Source: Methanobacteriota archaeon (GTDB taxonomy: Archaea; Halobacteriota; Bog-38; Methanoflorentales; Methanoflorentaceae). Taken from it: a DNA stretch of 64,000 nucleotides. The DNA lies in NCBI GenBank assembly GCA_963701995.1, contig OY969693.1:901050-965049 (forward strand). The letters run 5' to 3'. The notes under the pieces are model-generated. The model searched no databases and was not told the origin of the DNA. It saw only the letters and a program-made list of their open reading frames with translations. Below, piece after piece: positions 59,501 through 64,000 of this stretch. Both the position numbers and the translations under genes were made by a program. Positions within the stretch are counted from its first letter, which is position 1; each line of letters begins with the position of its first letter.

Positions 59501-60526
59501 CTACTCCCGCGGCAGTTTTTCGCTCACGATGGCATAGCATCTCCACAGTTCTTGCCTGTCATACTCAACAAGCCGCTGCTGGGTGAGCTCTGCAATCGTA
59601 TTGTTCTCGAGGGCGTCATTTATGCGCGCTTCTGAAAGGCGCATTATGTGAACGTTATGTCTGACGCGCGCCTCAGGAGCGCGCTTGAGCTCTTTGAGCG
59701 CATCAAGCGGATTCTTGCTCGAGCAAGAATCGCAGTTGCACGTCCATTCGGTGAGTTTGTCCGCTCGCACAAGCCTGCCTGAAGCTGTCAAAACAGAGCC
59801 ATACGCGAGTCCGGCGATTACGGCACTCGAGCCGTCTGCTGACGTCACGTTAGCGTATGCGAGAAGCTCGAGGGCGTTCAATGAGCTGCCTCCCGAGGCG
59901 TGAAATCGCGCGTCTCCAAACTCGCCTAAGAGCTGATTGTATGCGGCGAGCACCTCAAACTGCTTCACGCGATCTTCCGAGCGGAATTTTGCGAGGCGGG
60001 AAAACAGGCCAAATCCCGCGGAGAGCTTATTCAAACCGGCATTTAAAGCTCTCTCGAATATGTACCGGGAATCGCGGAACGTACCTACCTCAAAGCCAGC
60101 GTACAACAAATCAGGCCGTTGAGCGTTCTCGTTGGCCCACAAAGCGGCTTTTAGGCTCGTTTCGAGCGCCTTCAAACGATCTGCTTTGACGTGCTTCCAG
60201 TAGGGCGTTTTAAAATCGCCGTTGACCGGAACGTTGAGTGTCATCAAACCGTCGGTCCTGTTGTTCACCAGCTTTTCCTGCAATAGCAGAACCCTTTCTT
60301 TCGTTCGCAGTTCGGGCTTTTTCGAATATGGGGGCGAGAAAAAGTTGCCGCTGTGAATGAAATGGTGTGGGATGCTCGCTGGATCTGTCGCGTACGCCTT
60401 GGCAAAGGAGGTGTTATCGAAGGATAACACGACGGGGTCATTCAGCCCGCGCAGCGTCGGGACGAACGTCCGGTAGAAATGAAATAGACTCGTAGACATC
60501 GTGTCGTTTCTGTGGGAAATAGGCAC
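59501..60526 (-). CDS. tRNA-guanine transglycosylase (TGT)-fold protein with divergent base pocket
   Basis: FHASG, SADGSS, CNCDSC...RHN Zn site, RINDALENN...EL..QR like the end of the arcTGT catalytic domain; alternative start ATG 60499. Confidence 0.72.
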   Translation of the reverse strand: MPISHRNDTMSTSLFHFYRTFVPTLRGLNDPVVLSFDNTSFAKAYATDPASIPHHFIHSGNFFSPPYSKKPELRTKERVLLLQEKLVNNRTDGLMTLNVPVNGDFKTPYWKHVKADRLKALETSLKAALWANENAQRPDLLYAGFEVGTFRDSRYIFERALNAGLNKLSAGFGLFSRLAKFRSEDRVKQFEVLAAYNQLLGEFGDARFHASGGSSLNALELLAYANVTSADGSSAVIAGLAYGSVLTASGRLVRADKLTEWTCNCDSCSSKNPLDALKELKRAPEARVRHNVHIMRLSEARINDALENNTIAELTQQRLVEYDRQELWRCYAIVSEKLPRE

Positions 60527-60592
60527 GCAAGCTTTTTAACGCACGGGTATAGCTTATATCTACTTGAATTGATATAAAAATGGTGACGTTAC

Positions 60593-60820
60593 ATGCCAAA
60601 TGGACTTATGGACTCGGAGCGAATACGCGAGATTGTGCGATCAAGCAAGGACTACCTTCAGATTATTTATCAGAACGACACGAAACTTGTGTTGAAGGTG
60701 CACAACGATCCTGCTATTGAGATCAAAGTTGAAGACGAAGGAACCACTGTTTCCATCGATATAGTTGAACCCGAAAGGCTCGGCCAGCTGGTCCAACAGT
60801 TTCGGGACCTGATGTCGTAA
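60593..60820 (+). CDS. hypothetical protein
   Basis: 75-aa ORF with GGTGA RBS and TATA-like ATATAAA upstream. Confidence 0.7.
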   Translation: MPNGLMDSERIREIVRSSKDYLQIIYQNDTKLVLKVHNDPAIEIKVEDEGTTVSIDIVEPERLGQLVQQFRDLMS

Positions 60821-60830
60821 GCGCGCGGAT

Positions 60831-61088
60831 GTGAGCGATAAAATGATTGGCAATGCACTTTCCGCGCTGAAGGCGTTCGGTGTTGCTGCCCGCGCCCTCG
60901 ATGACGAGGGCCTGACCATCGAAATACGCAACCGGGGCAAGCCCGCCGTTGCCGTTGGGCGAAACGCTCATTCCCTTGTGCTGGACAAGGTTTACGGTCC
61001 TATAAAAGTAAGAAGCTTCAAAGAAGTGGTCGAATTGTTGGGGAAAACCGCGGCTGGAACACAGGAGGAGGACGTCTCACGAGACTAG
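60831..61088 (+). CDS. hypothetical protein
   Basis: 85-aa ORF 10 bp after the previous gene, protein-like composition. Confidence 0.65.
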   Translation: MSDKMIGNALSALKAFGVAARALDDEGLTIEIRNRGKPAVAVGRNAHSLVLDKVYGPIKVRSFKEVVELLGKTAAGTQEEDVSRD

Positions 61089-61096
61089 GCGCTTTT

Positions 61097-61369
61097 TTGG
61101 TGTATCTCCTCGGAGCACTGCTAATAATCGCGGGCGCATTCGTTCTTCTGTCACAATTAGGGGTCCTTGGGCTTCTCCTTAACACTCTGAATCTTCCCGC
61201 GATCGTTCTGTTTGCACTCGTGCTCATCCTCGTTGGAATCGTCTTGATCCGAGGGGCGTCACTGATCGCGTATAGCCCTGACCACCAAAGAAAAGATCGG
61301 AATGAGCTAGACTATAAAGATCTCACCTACGAAGACCAAGATTCGTGGAGGTACAAAAAGCGCTATTAG
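61097..61369 (+). CDS. small two-TM membrane protein
   Basis: Two hydrophobic helices then a charged tail; 8 bp after the previous gene. Confidence 0.6.
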   Translation: MVYLLGALLIIAGAFVLLSQLGVLGLLLNTLNLPAIVLFALVLILVGIVLIRGASLIAYSPDHQRKDRNELDYKDLTYEDQDSWRYKKRY

Positions 61370-61761
61370 TCACTAGAGAGCTGCGCGCTCTGCGGCGCGC
61401 TGATTACGCCTTCGTAGTACCTGATTTTTTCGTTGATCACATCTTCGAATTTCTTGTACTCGCGTATTACACCAATCCACATGAGCCCGTAGCACAGGGC
61501 GATCGAAATAAGAACGGTCCCCCCGGCTAGTATATAGTTGTCGCCTCGCACGAGAATGGCGTTGCCGAACAAGTATTGTGACGTGAGTACGACATAAACA
61601 GCGAGAAGGATCCCTGCCACCCCACCCCACATCGATTTTATGTGCCATATGTGGCGTTCGTGGCGTTTTTCCATTTTTCGAAAATCTAACTCAAGAATTC
61701 GGTTGTAGACGTCGCCCTTGTTGACTTCGACGTATTTGTTTTGTCCGCGCTGCGTGGTCAC
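61366..61761 (-). CDS. two-TM membrane protein
   Basis: GTG start overlapping the upstream TGA with AGGAG RBS; two TM segments (WGGVAGILLAVYVVL; ILAGGTVLISIALCYGLMWIGV). Confidence 0.6.
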   Translation of the reverse strand: MTTQRGQNKYVEVNKGDVYNRILELDFRKMEKRHERHIWHIKSMWGGVAGILLAVYVVLTSQYLFGNAILVRGDNYILAGGTVLISIALCYGLMWIGVIREYKKFEDVINEKIRYYEGVISAPQSAQLSSD

Positions 61762-62198
61762 ATTCTCCTTGTCGTGTAATAGAAGCCAACCATAAGCCCA
61801 ACCGCAATAATGCCGATTATCGCTGCGCCGACAAGTGTAGGATCGCCGCCGCCTCCTCCCGTTTGATTGGCCGTGGGCGTCGCACTCACTACCGGCGTAG
61901 GCGTCACACTCACCACCGGCGTAGCCGTCGGTGAAGGCGTCACACTTACCCGGGGCGTCGGCGTCGGTGAAGGCGTCACACTTACCTGGGGCGTCGGCGT
62001 CGGTGAAGGCGTCACACTCACTCGGGCCGTCGGCGTCGGTGAAGGCGTCACACTCACTCGGGCCGTCGCCGTTGCTGCAGCGGCCTGTTGTGCGTGCAAA
62101 CAAAGCGCCGTCGATGAGGCCGCCGCTATGACAATTACGAAAGACAGCACTACAACGCGTGAGATGAGAATTCTGGATCCTCCTGCTTGTAACGACAA
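61758..62198 (-). CDS. Thr/Pro-rich repetitive cell-surface protein with C-terminal TM anchor
   Basis: Signal peptide, (RVSVTPSPTPTA/P)x4, GGGGG linker, TM helix and TRRM basic tail. Confidence 0.75.
   Translation of the reverse strand: MSLQAGGSRILISRVVVLSFVIVIAAASSTALCLHAQQAAAATATARVSVTPSPTPTARVSVTPSPTPTPQVSVTPSPTPTPRVSVTPSPTATPVVSVTPTPVVSATPTANQTGGGGGDPTLVGAAIIGIIAVGLMVGFYYTTRRM
61876..62067. repeat. 36-bp coding tandem repeat (4 copies plus 2 shorter 24-bp variants)
   Basis: GTCGGTGAAGGCGTCACACT recurs at 61927, 61963, 61999 and 62035. Confidence 0.9.
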
Positions 62199-62398
62199 CT
62201 ATTGATTCCCAGCTAGTATATAAATAAGTTGTCTGCTAGGGCACACTTGGGTGCTGGACAGAGCATCACGTTTCAAGACAAAAATTGGCCGCCTGAGGAA
62301 AAAAACTTCGGACATTGCCCAGTTGCTCGCAACTTCTGTCGTTGGGGGCCAGACCTTCATTTTCACAAATCCGGCGAGCGCGCACAGCTCACGGAAGC

Positions 62399-62728
62399 TC
62401 ACTCTAGGCTTGGTATGTGATCCTTCCTCAGTTCCTCTCGCGTGAAGCTTACCATCTCCAAAGTCAGCGGTTCGACGTGCACGATTCTCTCTCCCGGCAG
62501 ATTTGCCGCTGTGAAGAACTCGTCGAGGAGAGAGAACGGAACGAGATATGCTTTCCTCGTTATAATATCGGATCGAGGATCGTCAATGCGCTTCACGACC
62601 AGGTATACGAATTTCGAGTACTTGTCGAATGTGTCTTCGGTTACGTTAGAAAAATAGTAGTCAAACACGAACCCGTGCTCGGTCGTAAGTGTCTCCATTC
62701 CTTCGCCGGCAGTGAATTTTATAGCCAT
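62399..62728 (-). CDS. hypothetical protein
   Basis: 109-aa ORF with GTGA/GGGA RBS-like sequence and protein-like composition. Confidence 0.65.
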   Translation of the reverse strand: MAIKFTAGEGMETLTTEHGFVFDYYFSNVTEDTFDKYSKFVYLVVKRIDDPRSDIITRKAYLVPFSLLDEFFTAANLPGERIVHVEPLTLEMVSFTREELRKDHIPSLE

Positions 62729-62979
62729 GTCCCATCACTTCAGTGTTGCCAAGTGTTTACGGACTAAACAGTTTGAAAACTCTTAAATCTTGCTCGGAAA
62801 GCGTTGGATCACTGCTGTGACCGGACGCTAATTTGGCGCTTAGATTCAGGTTACCCCTCGAGCTGAGAGGTAACACCCCTGACGCGCGTTCATCAGTCCG
62901 CACTAAAGCGCCCCGTGTGACGTGGCTGCGTCGCCGCCTTTTTCGATACCTTTAATTCGTAGGAACGTAAGCACTACGT

Positions 62980-63249
62980 ATGGACCGAGAGGTTGTTGTC
63001 TCCGTAAGCGTGCGAGCTGTTGGATATGATCAAGAAACATCGACACTTGAGATTGAGTTTTGCGATTCAAGCATCTATCAGTATGCTCCTGTCTCGCAAG
63101 AAATTTACAACGGTCTTATGAATTCGCTCGGGTCCAACCTCGAAAAAACTGATTTGAGATACTTTAGCGAACACATCAAGGGGAAGTATAAGCAGAAAAC
63201 CATTCGGAGGCCGCGGCTTAATCTCTTTAAAGGTATTTTAGATACGTAA
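62980..63249 (+). CDS. KTSC domain protein
   Basis: V.AVGYD..T.TLEIEF....IYQY..V..E.Y..LM..., YF...IKG.Y. Confidence 0.85.
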   Translation: MDREVVVSVSVRAVGYDQETSTLEIEFCDSSIYQYAPVSQEIYNGLMNSLGSNLEKTDLRYFSEHIKGKYKQKTIRRPRLNLFKGILDT

Positions 63250-63307
63250 TCAATCGTGCCATCTCCTGCAGTTTTGAAAGCCTTCGATCGCGGCGAGTAG
63301 TCCCGCG

Positions 63308-64000
63308 CTACCAGAGTGCTTTGGTCATATATGGACCTTCACGGGCGTAGCCTTTGGTGCGATAGTACTCGCGTACTCCAATCGCGCTGTTTGTCACGAT
63401 CTTACGCATCCCGGAATTAGCTGCGATGCGTTCAGCAGTTCGAAGCAGTTCTGCCCCAAATCCACGGTGTTGCCACTTTTTTTCGTGCCGCTCTCCAATC
63501 GTAGCCGAGTTCCCGTATACGTGCAGCTCTCTGATCAGCGCCGTTTCATTTGTGATCTCGGGCCTATCAGAAGTGTGCGGAATGCGCAGCCGTGCGAAGC
63601 CGATAAGGAACTCCGAACCGCCACGCAAGCCGACGCTTGAGATAAAGTATTCAACGCCCTTACAGGCCATGTACTTTTCAACCCGCCGTTCGACGTCTTC
63701 AACGGTGGTAATGCCCTGGAGTCCCACCTCTCGACATCGTATGCAGTTACATTCGCGCCCTAGTTCGCGCAAACGCTTTTTGGCTAGTTGTCGCAAATTA
63801 CCCTTTTTGACGCCGGCGACGATTCGGTGAGCCGGGATATCCCTCTGTACTCTCTGGAGTCTCATCCATTTGGGGAGCTCCGCCTTGACTTGCGCGATCA
63901 GTTCAACGGCATCGCGTAGATCAAGGGCATCATAATCACCCCTTTTCCACAAACCGTGTAAGGGGGTACCCTCCGTCACAAGCGTCGGGTATATCTTGAG
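63308..64000 (-). CDS. elp3: Elp3 tRNA U34 acetyltransferase (radical SAM/GNAT), C-terminal part
   Basis: KIYPTLV.EGT, R.QR.QRDIP, C.CIRCRE.G, GF.RLR, IRELHVYG, QHRGFG, GVREYYR..GY..EGPYM. Confidence 0.95.
   Translation of the reverse strand, partial: LKIYPTLVTEGTPLHGLWKRGDYDALDLRDAVELIAQVKAELPKWMRLQRVQRDIPAHRIVAGVKKGNLRQLAKKRLRELGRECNCIRCREVGLQGITTVEDVERRVEKYMACKGVEYFISSVGLRGGSEFLIGFARLRIPHTSDRPEITNETALIRELHVYGNSATIGERHEKKWQHRGFGAELLRTAERIAANSGMRKIVTNSAIGVREYYRTKGYAREGPYMTKALW

Noticed and set aside
61876-62067. Possible CRISPR array (36-bp periodicity)
   Set aside because: The repeats are contiguous without unique spacers, in-frame coding, and no cas genes are present.
61366-62103. 245-aa ORF with Cys/Asp repeats (ECDAFTDADGPS) that look like Ca-binding repeats
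   Set aside because: Its repeat part is an alternative frame of the 36-bp repeat in the Thr/Pro surface gene; only the part from GTG 61761 is treated as real.
62850-62874. GTTACC-N13-GGTAAC inverted repeat between divergent genes
   Set aside because: A single short palindrome with no second copy seen; could arise by chance.

Overview
Chromosomal segment of a methanogenic archaeon; gene content suggests a Halobacteriota hydrogenotroph (Methanocella/Methanoflorens-like, inferred only). It holds housekeeping genes (DRG GTPase, Sm protein, tes and carS, argF, purD, glmS, nob1, gfcR, leuS, PAC2, partial elp3) and three tRNAs: Gln-CTG, Arg-TCT and an intron-containing Arg-TCG. An ~18 kb energy block has fdhCAB-mvhD back-to-back with frhADGB, followed by mmp10 and a convergent HAD-atwA-mmp3-6-5-15-17-7 MCR-activation cluster. 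An nrpR-glnA locus carries a perfect GGAA-N6-TTCC operator, and an HSR1-cdc48-hsp20 heat-shock operon carries a perfect CTAAC-N5-GTTAG operator. The best candidates for new biology are: (1) a tRNA-guanine-transglycosylase-fold paralog (59501-60526) that keeps the nucleophile Asp and Zn site but appears to have all three guanine-reading residues swapped (D>H, D>N, Q>E), in an apparent operon with a HAD phosphatase; (2) an AT-richer islet pairing a Panacea/SocA-like antitoxin with a PD-(D/E)xK nuclease beside a decayed IS6-like transposase; (3) a GYG K+ channel with an almost uncharged S4 and a SHOCT tail. All calls come from by-eye motif recognition; no searches were run.
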